Of a DNA stretch of 64,000 nt, positions 1-14,533 are shown piece after piece. The DNA comes from Chrysomallon squamiferum (taxonomy: Eukaryota > Animalia > Mollusca), in NCBI GenBank assembly GCA_012295275.1, contig CM022671.1:3844001-3908000 (forward strand), in the 5' to 3' direction. The notes beneath the pieces were generated by a model. The model was not told where the DNA came from. It ran no database searches and was given only the letters and a program-made list of their open reading frames with translations. Position 1 is the stretch's first letter, and every line of letters starts with the position of its first letter. The translations under genes were made by a program, and so were the position numbers.

Positions 1-189
1 GCTGGGTGTGGGAGGGTCCTTGGCCTCTGCTGATGACCACGACAACAGTGTTGCTGTCTTGCTGACTGACGTCGGCTTCATAACGGTGCTGGATGTTTCG
101 GCAGCTAGTCGCGATCGCTCGACTCTAAGACAGAGAGAGTGAGTTTGACCGGTGGATACTTTTGGCCGGGTCCGGCTGAAGATTTCAAA

Positions 190-1773
190 ATGGTGCAAGT
201 CTCGCTGTTTTTCCTTCTTTCTTTTATCAGGGATCAGCTGAATAACGGTAAGTACAGCGAAACACCTGATGACGTGAAAATACCATTGATAATAATAAGC
301 GACATACTAATACAAACACAATGAAAGAAAAAAAACTTTATATATTATGCATCACTTAAATACGGTCAAATATACTTATCAACTAAACGCGTGAAATTAT
401 GTAAGTAAATTAATACATGGTAATATGTAATAACCATCTTAGTACATGTCAGTATATAAATAACTTAGATTAACTAGTAAATAGTATAAACATGATTATG
501 AGTACCACCTGAACAAATAGTAATATATATATATATATACACACAGATACTATAGTTTTGAATTCGTTTCATAATTACGCCAGTTTGAGTTACTGAAGAA
601 AATGATTTAATATTAATAGAGATGCAAGATTTATTTCTTTCTCCGTGTAATTGTGTGTATGTGTGTGTGTGTGTGTGTCTGTGAGTGTGTAGATGTATAG
701 GTAGGTAGGTTGGTAAATGTATACATACATGTATGTATGTATCTATCTATATGAGCATCAAGTGAATAGTGCGTCGTCGTGGAATAAAAACAACAACAAT
801 GGATTAAAATATTCTGCTCTGTTTCAGTTTTGCCTTAGTATTTTGAATAATTACAGAGATTCAGTAACAGCTACAAATTGAAATAAATATTTATTTTTTA
901 CTTTGGAATCTGTTGTAAATCTATATTTCGTAAGTAAAATAAATGAAAATAAAATAAATTCTAAACACGAAGAAGATGAAGATAATGTAGTTGACGAAAT
1001 ACAAAAAGGAAGAACAAATATGAGATGACAAAGGTTATTTAAAAGAAGACGAAAATGAAAGATAATTATGTAATAGAGCTCGAAAAAAAAAAGAAGAAGA
1101 AGAAGAAATAAAAGCAGAACATGAAAAGTTTTACGTAGAACTGAAGAAAGAAAATGGATATAAAAGCAGAAACTAAATTTGAAAAAAACAAAACAAAAAT
1201 AATTACAAACTGCAAGTGAACGAAAATGAGAAAGGAAAAACAAAAAATTACAAGAAAAAAGAAATGGTAAAAAAAAAGCAAAAGGAAATTGGACACATGT
1301 ACTTAATCTTTAATTTGTTAAACGATAAATGTACAAAACTAAAGTGGTTTTAAGTGCTTGGTGACGTTTTGTTTTAGACTGAGATTAACAGAAATAGCAT
1401 TTTCAGAAAGTAGTGAAACAGTTAATCTGTTTCGTGGAAAACACGTTAGTCAAATAGACTCAGTCTGAACTTACATTGACAATGTCTGTGACAACTGACT
1501 TTAGTATTTTTTATTACAACTTCAAATTTTATCGTTTTAACCTGTAATCTGTTACCGTGGCCAACTTTCTTGTCTTTTCCAAATATAGGAGTAGAAAAGA
1601 CAAAATATAGTTACGTGAATATAGGAATATATATTAACTAATATGTTATGCTAATATTAATGAACCAAACTATCTGGCATACAAAAGCTTAAGATTTGAA
1701 ACAGATCACTTTTACAACAATGACAAAAAAACAACAACAAAAAAACCAAAAACAACAATAACAAAAAAATAAA

Positions 1774-1844
<71 letters not shown>

Positions 1845-3103
1845 AAAAAAAAAAAAAAGAAAAGAAAATAAAAGAAAATTAATATACAAAATTAATCAAT
1901 GTGCTCAAATGATTAATGTTGACTGTTATGTTAAACAAACATTTAACAGTATCACATGAAATAAAATCATAGTTCAAGCGATACTATCAAACAAAAACAA
2001 AGATTTTTTTTTTTTTTTAAAACCAGAGCGTAAAGATGTGAAGATTCTCAGTTCTTTTTAAATTATCGCTATTGCGTTTGAAGAATTGTTCAAAAAGTGC
2101 GTAATACTTAGAAATAATGGTCTGACAAGGTTTGGAACCAGGCTAGTCCATAGTTATGTGTACTGGATTATTTTGAACATATCGGTGAAAACAACAGGTG
2201 CAGAACAAACAAACACTTTACCAGTTTACTTGTGTTTTTCAAGTTTGGTTTATGTAACTGTGTTGTCATGTTTGTTTTACTGCATGATAAATATACTGGG
2301 TTTCTTCTTCGGGTTTATCAGATTGTCTGAAAGAAACCATATTTTGACATCATTTTTTACAGATTAAAAATCCTTCGAATGTTTTTTTGTTTATAAGAAA
2401 ATATAACCATCATTTAAAGTATTTTGAATGTGTGTACGTTACGTATGTATGTGACCAAAAAAGTCCATATGCATGGGAAAATATATGTGTGTATGTATGT
2501 ATGTATATGCATGGGTATATGCATGTATGTATATGTATGTGCCTGTCTGTATGTACTGATAATGTATGTATGTATATGCATCTGAAAAGTTTCATTATAA
2601 TTTTTGAACAATTGCACTTACTTTAACAGATTAATGCAAGGATATAATATACAAATGACCCATTAAAACATTTTGAAACTTCCGTAGTAGTATCAGTAGT
2701 AGTAGTAGTAGTTGTTGTTGTTGTAATAGTGGCATCAGCAGTAATATAATAATACTGACGATGATGATGATAGTGATGATGATCTGGATCAAATGGATTC
2801 TGTGAAGAAGGACGTACAACTGTTAGGCTTTAAACACTGCAAAGCTCTAAATTATGGGGACACGCAGAAGCCTGATTTGTCAAATATTAATAGACATTTT
2901 GACATATTAAAGTTTAACCTGTGTCTGAAGCTCTAGAGACCCTAAACTGACAAATGTTAATAACGATATAGCCATCCAAGTTGTAAGCGGAATAACTATG
3001 TTACACCTCAGTATGTTATATACACTGTATTATTACTAAAGCCTATATACGTTTTACGAGATCATAGTTTCAAGGTTGATGTAACACATACTGACCGTTT
3101 TAG

Positions 3104-3135
<32 letters not shown>

Positions 3136-5184
3136 CAGAAATAAATGGTAATGTACTTCCTGATCCATAGGAAATCTTTAAATGCCGCAAACCAGTTATT
3201 TGTAGAATTAAATTTAATTTACGGAGCCGAGCTGAGATACCGCGCAGTTCAAAATGGCGTACACGAAGCAGACATATATTTTAATAAATTATTACCATTT
3301 TCGTTCCAGGTGTATATGATATAAACCAATGTATTTTATGTAATTATGACGTGCAGACAAAATACCAGTCAGGTAGAATACAAGAGAGAAAGTGGGCTGC
3401 ACTTGTTCCAAGAAGTAATGTGAAGTAACATTTAAAAACCGGAATCTCGAAAAATCACGTAGTGTGCGGGAATTAGGTTAATTACTTTGAATGCTCGCTC
3501 CAGACTGCTAAGTGTCAAAAAATGCCCACAGACGTGTTCCTGGTATATGTAATGTGAGCCAATGCGTGTTACGTAATTGTAACGTAGCAGACAATACCAG
3601 TGACGTAGGAACACATGACAAGCAGTTGACGTTACTTGTCCATATCAGTAATCTGAAATAACGGGAAGAAACTGGAATCTGGAAAAATCACTTAGGTTGC
3701 GGGAATTTTTCGGTTAATTTCGGGTATTCTTTCTCTGGGAAAATTTTGAAATTGTGACTTAGAATAGACTTTTTATGACTTTATTTATATTATTTATTTA
3801 TGTTGGATTTTTACATTTTTTTTTTTATTAATGTTACAGATAATTAGATAGAAAGAGATATAGATAGAGATATAAATAGATACTAAGGTGTAAATAGAGA
3901 GATTTTTACATTATGCGTTAAACATGGCGTCACAGTCACAAATATACAAGATAGAGAATAAACATTAAAAAACCTATAAAAAAAAAAATTTGCTAAATTT
4001 AGCTAAAATAAAATAAAATAAAACAAAACAATGAAATGAAATGATATATGATATGATACGAACTAATAAGACAAGATAAGATAAAAAAATCATAAAACAA
4101 ATAAATAAATAATTAAAAATGATACTAAACAACATATTTATTTATTCTATAAAACGTTTCTGAACAGACGTAATTATGTTTCTTGATTCGGTGAAAACTG
4201 AAAACGTGGAGATACGCCTAACATATTCATAAATTATGTTAATGTCCGCATGACCTAAATATTCAAATGCAGTCTTACGGACGTCGACATCGGCAGTTCC
4301 TGCATAAATAAACTGTATAGGTGATGTAACATCGTCGTAGATTTCGTTACGTCGTGCACGAGTACAACAAAGCCAAATTCGTTGTAAATCCAGAAGCGAA
4401 AAGCCGCTTGTCACACTAAATCAATTCCGCTCATGTTTAACGCCTTTCTACTAACTACACTCTGACCTTTGACCCCGGGGTCAAACACGATAAAGTGTCG
4501 CGGGTATTCTATTATTGTCAGACGAGAACAATATCAGGTCACATGAACGAACTCAACATCTGAAAAAGTGAAATGTATTTATTACAAGGTGTGCGTGCGT
4601 GTGTGTGTGTGTGTGCGTTTTGTGTGTCTGCGTGTGTGTTAAATAATAAACACAGAGGCGAACGATCGAATATTAAATAAATAAATAAATAAATGAATAA
4701 TAATGATGATGATGATGATGATAATAAAAAGAATAATAAAAATAATAAAGACCATAATTATTTTAATTTCATTGTATTATTCAAAACATTATTTACGGAA
4801 AGAAACTAATACATACACACTTACATACACATACATACATATACTACATACATATATACATACATACATACAAACGTACAAACGTACGCACAAACGTACA
4901 AACGTACATACATACGTACGTATATACATACATACATAATTAAATACACACATGCATGCATGCATACATACATACATACAAACATACATCAAAATCTAAT
5001 TTGTCAAAGATGAATTATGACGTTTATTAAAACTAATACGTAATACTTTTCAGGTCCTGAGCCTGAACTTTCTCACAGTGCGAGTATTCAGAAGAAAATT
5101 CACACGTGGTCACATCGAGGTTCTGATGGTGAGTTGACCTTTGACACACATTTAATAATAATAATAATAATAACAATAATAAAA

Positions 5185-5221
<37 letters not shown>

Positions 5222-6084
5222 GTTGTTGTTGTTGTTATTGTTATTGTTATTGTTATTGTTATTATTATTATTATTATTGTTGTTGTTGTTGTTATTGTTA
5301 TTGTTATTGTTATTATTATTATTATTATTAACCTTAAAAAAATATTCATTATTTTTATTTTTATTTTTTCCTTTATAAAACAGTTGTTTTTTTCTTCCTT
5401 CTTCTTCTTCTTTTTCATTTCTTTCTTTCTTCTTTAAATGTTAATTTCTTATCGAACACATTGTCAGTTCTCAGTTCTTTAACTCATTTAGGAAGACACA
5501 CACAGACAGACATAGACACAAACGCAAACAGTAATGAAAAATAAAATAAACATTATTAAACAGATTTTTTTATGCGGAGCTTTCAGAAAGACATTGATGC
5601 ATAGATTCAAACTGGTAATTTCGTCAACGACCTTATCAATGTGATGCTCATAAATATTTAATTTTCGTCTTAAGAGCACGCAGTTACCTATATTTACGAT
5701 GCACAAACATCTGCGTTTAAGATAAATGGGCTTTGTAAAGTTGGCGACAATACGAACGGTAAATGCATTTCAACTTACCCTAAGATGGCCCTGATGTGCA
5801 GAGTGCTTGGTAATATACTGAAACGTACATTTTCGTGAACACTGGTAATAAAACAGGATTCTTACTAAACGAGGATGTTCACTTCTGCTTCCCAAATGTC
5901 ATTACCACTGCAAGACGGTTTAGATTTCAGAATCAGTTATCATAACTGTCTGTCTGTTTATCCGTCTATCTGTCTGTCTCTCTGTTTGTCTAGCTGAAAA
6001 TTCTAGGCAAATCTTCTGCCATGAATCCTATTTTATTCTTAATGTGTGTATGTATGTATATGTATGTGTATGTATGTATATATG

Positions 6085-6116
<32 letters not shown>

Positions 6117-6169
6117 TGTATGTGTGTGTCTGTATGTTAGTATGTATGTATGTAAGTGTTCTGTTTGTC

Positions 6170-6210
<41 letters not shown>

Positions 6211-7013
6211 ACACACACACACACACACAAACACACGCATATAAACGATGGGGCAAAAAAACAGAAGACTGAAATAAGCAAAATGGTGTATCCTATTAAA
6301 GTTGTTTCAAACGACAATAAATCATTTAGAGACATTTCATGTTTCGTGTCACATCAAACACAAACTGGTTTCGATTATGATTAAGTGTGAGCAGAAAAAC
6401 ACAAATAAATTACTTGAAATCAGTGTTACAACTTTAACAAGAACACAGACAACTTAATTATATTTGTATCTGTTTCATCTGTTTCATACAGATTTATATT
6501 ACACTGTCAACCTTCAGTCTTACGAAACAATCTCACATTTCCAGTAATGAACCTGATGATAATAATAACAACAAAAACAACAACATTCACAACAACAACA
6601 TTGACAACAACAATAACAAAAACAATAACAACAACAACAAAAACAAAAACAACAGTAACAACAACAATAGCAGAAGTAACACAACAATAATATATCTTAA
6701 TTTTACTGGATAAGATAACTATGAAAAATACAATTTTTTTTTTTTTTTTTTTTTTTTACAACAGGGCCTCAATCATGGCACCATCGTTACAGCAACTGCG
6801 GTGGCAGATGGCAGTCACCTATCAACATCAACCAGTCAGAGACAGAGTACGACACTGACCTCAGACCTTTCATTTTCCACAACTTCAACCAGCCCAGCAT
6901 GTTCTCAGACGAGCTCGTTTTCAACCTCACCAACAACGGGCATTCAGGTAAACCCAAAACACTTTCACATCAGCTTCGAGGAAATTATTACTTCTTTTAT
7001 TACTATTGTTATC

Positions 7014-7073
<60 letters not shown>

Positions 7074-7507
7074 TAATAATAATAATATTAATAATAATAA
7101 TTATTATTGTTGTTGTTATCATTGTTGTTGTTGTTATTATTATTCCTATTATAATTATTATTAATATTTTTATTGTTATTATTGTTGTTATTATTATATT
7201 ATTATTATTACTGTTATTATTAATGTATTATTATGTTATTGTTATTTTTGTTATTATAATTGTTATTGCTATTGTTGTTGTTATTGTTGTCATCATCATT
7301 ATTATTATTATATTATTATTATTATTACTATTATTATTAATGTATTACTATGTTATTGTTATGTTATTATTATTAATATTATTAATGTTATTGTCATTAT
7401 TGTTGTTATTATTGTTATTATTGTTATTATTATTATTATTATAATTGTTATTGTTGTTGTTATTGTTGTCATTATTATTATTATTATTATTGTTATTGTT
7501 ATTGTTA

Positions 7508-7562
<55 letters not shown>

Positions 7563-9279
7563 TGTAATTTATTATACAAAATAGCAAAGAAATATGTGAA
7601 ATTACCTACCTTTATCCCTAAATTTTTTTTTTTTCACCTAGTTTACACACAAACAAAGAAAGTAAAACTATCACTTGGAAATATGGGCAATGTATCTAGA
7701 CAGTGTCTTTGCACTACTTCATTATTCTATGGTTAATGTCTCTATCGGACGGTTAGTTATTCGAGTTTGACTGTCAAGTACACTACGACGGCTTTCACAA
7801 ATTATACTTTCTAAGATAAGAAAAAAAATGACCTTTACGTTAATGGGTCTTCAGACATCCCCATCTATTGTCCAGAACATTAACATCATCTCTTATGTGT
7901 TTCGCTGAAAAAATAAATAAAATAAAAATAAAATAAAACAAGTGACATATCATTAGTATTAAGACAGAGTCATCAGATAACGATGACATTAACATAATCC
8001 TCGGGTCTCGTAGGTTTACGAGGTCGTAAGAAGAAAGAGAAAGTCGTAGGTGAGTGATGAATTTACGAAACAGATAAAGCTGGAATATGTTGAATGTGTT
8101 TCTCTCAGCTGAATGACCAGACAAGAATTTCTTTTTACGTTTTCTTTGTTTTTCCGTCAGTGTTTGTCATCAGCCGTATTGAATTGCCTGTGTCTTGGTA
8201 GACCTTATTGCAGAGTGAACTGGCGTGTCAGTTAACAACTGTTAGTTTTAATAAGATCAAAGTTACATTTGTCATGTGAAAGTAAATCCTATCAGTGGTT
8301 TGACGATTACGTCTTTCAACAAATGGTGAATACCAGACTTCGGAAAGTTGGAGTGACATCTCCGCGTTTAATACTGCGTTTAATACGTTGCTGGTTTAGT
8401 AAGACAAAGTTATCTTATTATAATAACCTCAGATTTTTTATTTGTCTTATAAATATATAATTATTTACTTATGAACAAAACGTGGACGCCATATATCCAT
8501 AAATACATGTGTAAATAATTACGGTCTGGGTTTTATCACCATGTTGTCGGCAAATTTATTATACCATTCCGACACACGATGTTAATCTAAATCGCTTTTC
8601 TCAGAGGCCAAACATTGGTTGGTTCAGTATTTTACAAAAGTCTCATGAACAGAAACATGTTATTTCTCACAGATCAAGCAGTCCAAATACTTAGATGGAT
8701 GCATCATCACTGCAGTTCACCGCACACCTAAAAAAATCAGTCGATCCTCTTTGTCTTTGGCTCCATAATAATGTTTTTATTTCTTTTCTTTTTTTCATGT
8801 CCTGTTTACAGAGAGCGAAATATATTATTACTAGACAACTGTCATTTACTGTGAATGTTGTTTTTTCTTACAGCCAGCACGAAAGTGAACGGAGACCTGT
8901 TTATTGAAGGCGGTGGTTTAGTTGGCAGATACAACACCGCAGAATTCCATTTCCACTGGGGGTCGAGCGAGGACCAGGGCTCAGAGCATACGATAGACGG
9001 ACATCGGTTTCCTTTGGAGGTATTTACAACACCTTTCGGTTTAACTGGGTTTTTTGTTTTGTTTTATTATTACATCAGACACACAGAAGGACACGCTGAT
9101 GAGATGTAGTCAAGTGTTAAAGTGTGGCCATGATATTGACAGTCTGGGAACAGATAGGCTTCAGTGATACGTCCAGAGGCATATGGTTCCTGATGGTAGA
9201 GAGACTGATATACCTGAAACTGAAAAATATGATTAAACAAAAATAACAATAACTGTTTTGCCCGGTTTGATATATGTGT

Positions 9280-9326
<47 letters not shown>

Positions 9327-9337
9327 GTGGGCGTACG

Positions 9338-9368
<31 letters not shown>

Positions 9369-10243
9369 CAATATAATTGTGGGTTTTTTCACGATGTATT
9401 TCTTGTATTACAGATGCATATTGTTCACTATGCTGCCAAGTATGGGAGTATTTCTAAAGCAATAACGGAGCCAGATGGTCTGGCAGTTCTAGGAATTTAC
9501 TTCCAGGTACACAGTATTGCGTAAGATATTAGAAAAGGTTCAAGTAATAAAAATCATTGTAGAATCTACAGTTATAATACTACTTCGACTACTACTACCA
9601 CTACTACTACTACTACTACTGCTACTACTACTACTACTAATAATAATGATAGCAACAGCAGCAGCAGTAGTAGTAGTTATTTATAGCAGCAGCAAAAATA
9701 CCAGTAGTAGTGGAAGTAATAGTAGTTGTAGGCCTAGTACTAAAAACAAAAACAAAATTATGATAACGACAACATTAACAATAATAATTACAGCTACTAA
9801 AACAACAATAATATCAACAAAACAACATCATCTTTAAAAAAGCATCAGTTAAGAAATAAAACATTCAATACAGGAGAAAGAAGAGAGATACATTTTATCA
9901 GCATAAAAGTATCATCCTCATCATCATCATCATTATTATTATTTATGTTGTTATTATTATTATTTGATAAACAGATAAACAGTAAGTGTTATTGTAATAA
10001 TGTTCATTGTTTCACTATCATTATTTTATTAATATCATTCTTATTGTCTCGAAAAGTTTTATTACCATTTTATTTTAAAATTTTACAACTTCTACTACTA
10101 CTACTGTTATTATTATTGTTATTATTATTACCATCATCATCATCATCATCATCACCACCATCGTCATCATTATTATTGTCATAGTGTTTATCATTATCAT
10201 TATCATTACTATTGTCATCACTTTTATTATTATCATGATCATA

Positions 10244-10277
<34 letters not shown>

Positions 10278-13200
10278 GTAATAATAATCGATTATCGGAT
10301 TATTATTATTATTATTATTATTATATTATTATGATTACAGTTATTGTTGTTGTTGTCATTGTAGTTGTCTCAGTATGATAATCCGAGTTTCGAACCAGTA
10401 GTAGAGGCACTTCAGAAGGTAACACGTCATGGTAAGTAATGTTGTTAACACACAACGAAATTTTTGAATACATTTTATTTTAAAATACATTTATTAATTC
10501 GGAAACCCAATACTTTAGCTTAATTTTAGCTATTTTAAATAGATTTTGCTCTAACGCTATAATAATTATTAAAACAAATCAGAAAATATTTTAAATAGAT
10601 TTTTGTCCTAAACTCTGTAACGCTATAATCAATAATAATAATAATAAAAAATAATCTGCAAGTGTTTTAAATAGATATTATTCTGAAAAGAAAATATACA
10701 CTTAGATAGAAATTCGTACAGTTTTATTTAATAACTATAAGTTTTAATTAATTTACGCACACTGTATTTTTTAACGTATTTTTCAGGTCAAAGCCACGCG
10801 GTAGCGAATTTCATCTTGGACTCTGTAATTCCGAAGGACAGGCGAAGGTACTTCCGGTATAAGGGCAGCTTGACAACGCCGCCATGTTACGAGAGTGTCA
10901 CGTGGACAATATTTGCCGAGCCGGAGAAAATTTCACTAAGACAGGTCTGAGCTACGTTTTGTAATCTGAGTTGTCACGTTTCCTAAATAGATAATTATTA
11001 TAGCATGCATTTGGTAATGCGAACGTATAGTGTAAAGGCTTATGGTATATTTTAATGTTTATTTTATTTTAATTTTGTTTTTTTTGGAGAGGATGGTTTT
11101 TGCTTTTTTGTTAATGTTAACAAAAAGATTCTACATGTTACAAGCGTCCAGTCTTTATTAATAACAAAGTTACCGTTTCCTCTGAATATCAGGCTGTTTT
11201 TTTTTTTAATGTTTTTTATTTACTGGGGTGGGGGTCTGATTATTTGACGAAACAGCACCAGGTTAAAAGGCAAACTATCTTTTTTGTTTTAATGACATAA
11301 TTTATTATTAATAATAAATTTAGAACATGCAAAATAAACGTTGTTACCACATAAGGTATAGTTTAAATGAGAATGCAGCCTTTGAAATAATACCATTATC
11401 GTTCTTCTTAAGAGAATCAGAAACAAGGAAATTGAAATTTAACATGGACTGCGATATTTTAATTAGAGCAGTCAACGTACAGTGAGATTGAACAATTTCT
11501 GTTTTAAATAATACATTTAGGAACTTAATATGTTGAATTTTTATTTAATAAAATTGCAGATGAGTAAAAAAAAAAACTTTAACATTATTAATAATAACAC
11601 AATTTCTACAAAAAACATACAGCGACAATTAGTATCTTTTTTTTTGTTTTTTTGTTTTGTTTTTTACAAAGTAGTCACACTGTTTAATAAACCAAACTTC
11701 ACATTGCAGTTGCGCTTTCTACGTTACCTCATACAACACGACCACGACGAAGGCACGGACCACCACGTCGTCAACGACTCCGTACACAACAATCAAGTCA
11801 ACTACATGTACGACAACTTCCGTCCCATACAGCCTTTGAACGGAAGACGAGTCTTCTGCAGCTACGCACACGACAGTTCTTCTGATTCCCACGACGCGCC
11901 TGATACAAAACCATCATCATCATCATCAGCAGCAGCATCATCTGCGACAGACCACGCGGCAATAAGGGTCACGGGAAGTAACCCGCGCACCACCGCCGGT
12001 TCTCAGATTCTCGAACAAAACCGATTCGAGGCGTCGTCCGTTCAAACAGGTTCTCATTCGCTGACTGATAACAAGGGAAATAACCCCAACTTGAGAACCG
12101 GAATAGATAACTCTGCTCACACAATGTCACAGATAACTCAACAGGCTAAAGATTCGCTTCTGTCCGGAGCGAATTTCGCCCCGCGACGTTCTTTCAACAG
12201 ACAGAACACGGCAGACGCGAAGGCTCAGTCGAGGCGTCAGATACACTCAGTGTCAGAACAGTTCACTGACATCAAGCTGCAGACAGCAGAGATAATCAAC
12301 GATCCGAAAACCAACGGAGAAGAAGGCCAAGATCAGTCAAACGTAGACTCACTGGGAGAAATAACACAGAAAAAAGAGACGGTCAGTCCAGCTTCAACCA
12401 CTGAAACAACTGTTGAAACGACACAGGCACGAATTACACGGGCTAAATTACTCGGAACACTGAACACGCGGACGTATCCGGAAACCACACAGTCTACCGT
12501 AACCTTCCATCCTGTGACTCAGCAACAAGAACACGAATTGCTGAGAAACAGTCAGAATCATCCTGCGCAAACACAAACACAAACGTCGACTGTACGTGGT
12601 GGACATCAACAAGCCACACATGTACAGCGTCAACCGCAACTACACCAACGTGCTGGTAGTCATGCACAAAACGCGAAACCTACACACGGTCATCCACACG
12701 TCAATGCATTCAGTCATCAGCGGCCTGTACAGAACCGACCTCAAGTCCGTCGACCTCCGTACCGTCAGATACAAGGGACTCGGATAACACCAACAACACC
12801 ACTGCCACGGACAACTGTGTTCCAGTATCCCGTCAGTCGTCGAAACAGAAACAACTGGCGTTTCGTGTCGAGATCTACAACAGCACAACCAGTTCGCAAT
12901 GCTCTTCCACTCAGACCTGTTTATTACAGGCCCAATCTCCGCTACAACAGACCCACTCAGCTCCTTAACGGCCAGCCTCCTTCTGTTATCAGGGCTCCTG
13001 CAAGGAGACAAAACTACCAGCGTCAACAGGCAAGGCAGGCAGCCTGGCAGCAGCAACAGCAACGTCTTCGTCAGATGAACCAAAGGAGGTACAGACAACC
13101 CGTTACAGCCCCGACGACAGCAAAACCTTTAGTTTATCTACAACCTCTTCAGCAGCCAATACGACTGGCGAAACCAGACTACTACAGGTATTTCAATAAC

Positions 13201-13347
13201 AACAACGACAACGCCTACGGGCCTCTCGGATTCGGAGTAGATGTGCCCAATTTCGGAGAATTCAGAAGAAGAAGAAAGCGAAGTTTAAGAACAGTTATGT
13301 TAACTAGAAAAAGAACTAACTACAGAAAAAGTTCCAAACTTAACTGA
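190..13347 (+). CDS. Alpha-carbonic anhydrase, probably extracellular, with a long low-complexity C-terminal extension (~805 aa if exon 1 is correct)
   Basis: Phase-consistent GT-AG exons: 190-247 (tentative first exon), 5054-5128, 6765-6947, 8874-9019, 9414-9506, 10365-10431, 10787-10944, 11710-13347. Motifs: [23 protein letters not shown] (His64 equivalent), EFHFHWG (His94/96), GSEH, PLEMHIVH (His119), [37 protein letters not shown]. The Cys pair (SNCGG / TPPC) is typical of extracellular alpha-CAs. Confidence 0.92.
3437..3720. repeat. Degenerate ~50-bp direct repeat pair, possible transposon remnant
   Basis: aaaccggaatctcgaaaaatcacgtagtgtgcgggaatt (~3437) recurs as aaactggaatctggaaaaatcacttaggttgcgggaatt (~3669). 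Confidence 0.5.
4463..4485. promoter_or_regulatory. Nuclear-receptor DR1-like element overlapping an 18-bp palindrome
   Basis: TGACCTtTGACCC at 4463-4475; palindrome TTTGACCCCGGGGTCAAA at 4468-4485; related TGACCTTTGAC at ~5135. Confidence 0.35.
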
Positions 13348-13768
13348 GTGAAAGAACAGCATGTGTCTTAGTCCCCAGCTTTAATAAGAGAACGTTTATT
13401 TGCTAAATGACTGTGGTTATGAAAGAAAAACAGTACGGTGTCATCTCTCGGTGTCTGAAATCACTGTCAAAGATCACCAGTAAGTGGAGAAATGTAAACG
13501 CATCTGTAAAAATTTACAGTGATTCCCGTTTGTAGCATGAAGTTTAAACGAGTCAAACCATCCTGCCATTTCTCTTGCTTGCTTCTCGTTATCATCAGTG
13601 ATTCTTTTTACCTGAATTATTATTATTACTATTATTATTATTATCATTATTTTTATTATTATTATTATTATTATTATCATTATTATTATTATCATTAGTA
13701 GTAGTAGTAGTAGATTACTGCTACTATTTATTTATTTTGTTCCTTTTAATTTACAAATATTTTATTTC

Positions 13769-13855
<87 letters not shown>

Positions 13856-13935
13856 GGTGAGAAGGCATGAAAAATGGAAAATGGCAGAATCTTTATAATT
13901 AGCAACAATTAGTTTCTGTAAACAAAACACTTTTA

Positions 13936-14014
<79 letters not shown>

Positions 14015-14334
14015 ATAAAATAAAAAAAAGAAAGAGAGAGAGAGAAACAATGAGAAACGTAATTTCAAAATAACCATCATATTCGATACTGAATACTGTT
14101 TTTTGTTTCAAATAGTACAGTACTTATTTGCTAAATTATTTGTCAGGTACGTAATTATTTTTTACCAATTATAGTCCGGTATATCTATATCTATATATAT
14201 TACTTGTATATACACATCACATACCCTGAGAAAGAGACAACACATCACAGATCATTTTTCAGCTGATGTTTATAATCATCATTTTAATATTTTTTCACGT
14301 TTGTACATAGTTTAGTGCTGGGTTAGATCAGCAA

Positions 14335-14397
<63 letters not shown>

Positions 14398-14462
14398 GTT
14401 ATTGTTATTATTTATTTTAATTTATAATTTAAAAATAAATATTACAATTTTTTTTATCATCA

Positions 14463-14533
<71 letters not shown>

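Noticed and set aside
4142-4414. 90-aa minus-strand ORF
   Set aside because: No recognisable domain or convincing splice context; more likely regulatory or UTR sequence.
4703-7587. Many ORFs of poly-I/L/Y/N or CVCV/YIHT composition (also throughout the window)
   Set aside because: They are translations of (ATT)n, (TACA)n and (CA)n microsatellites with no splice or domain support.
11530-11709. N-terminal 60 codons of the 605-aa ORF
   Set aside because: Intronic read-through; the exon starts at the acceptor 11709/11710, in phase with the preceding CA exon.
10787-11870. Calling the CA a nacrein
   Set aside because: No Gly-X-Asn repeat interrupts the catalytic domain; the low-complexity region is C-terminal and of different composition.
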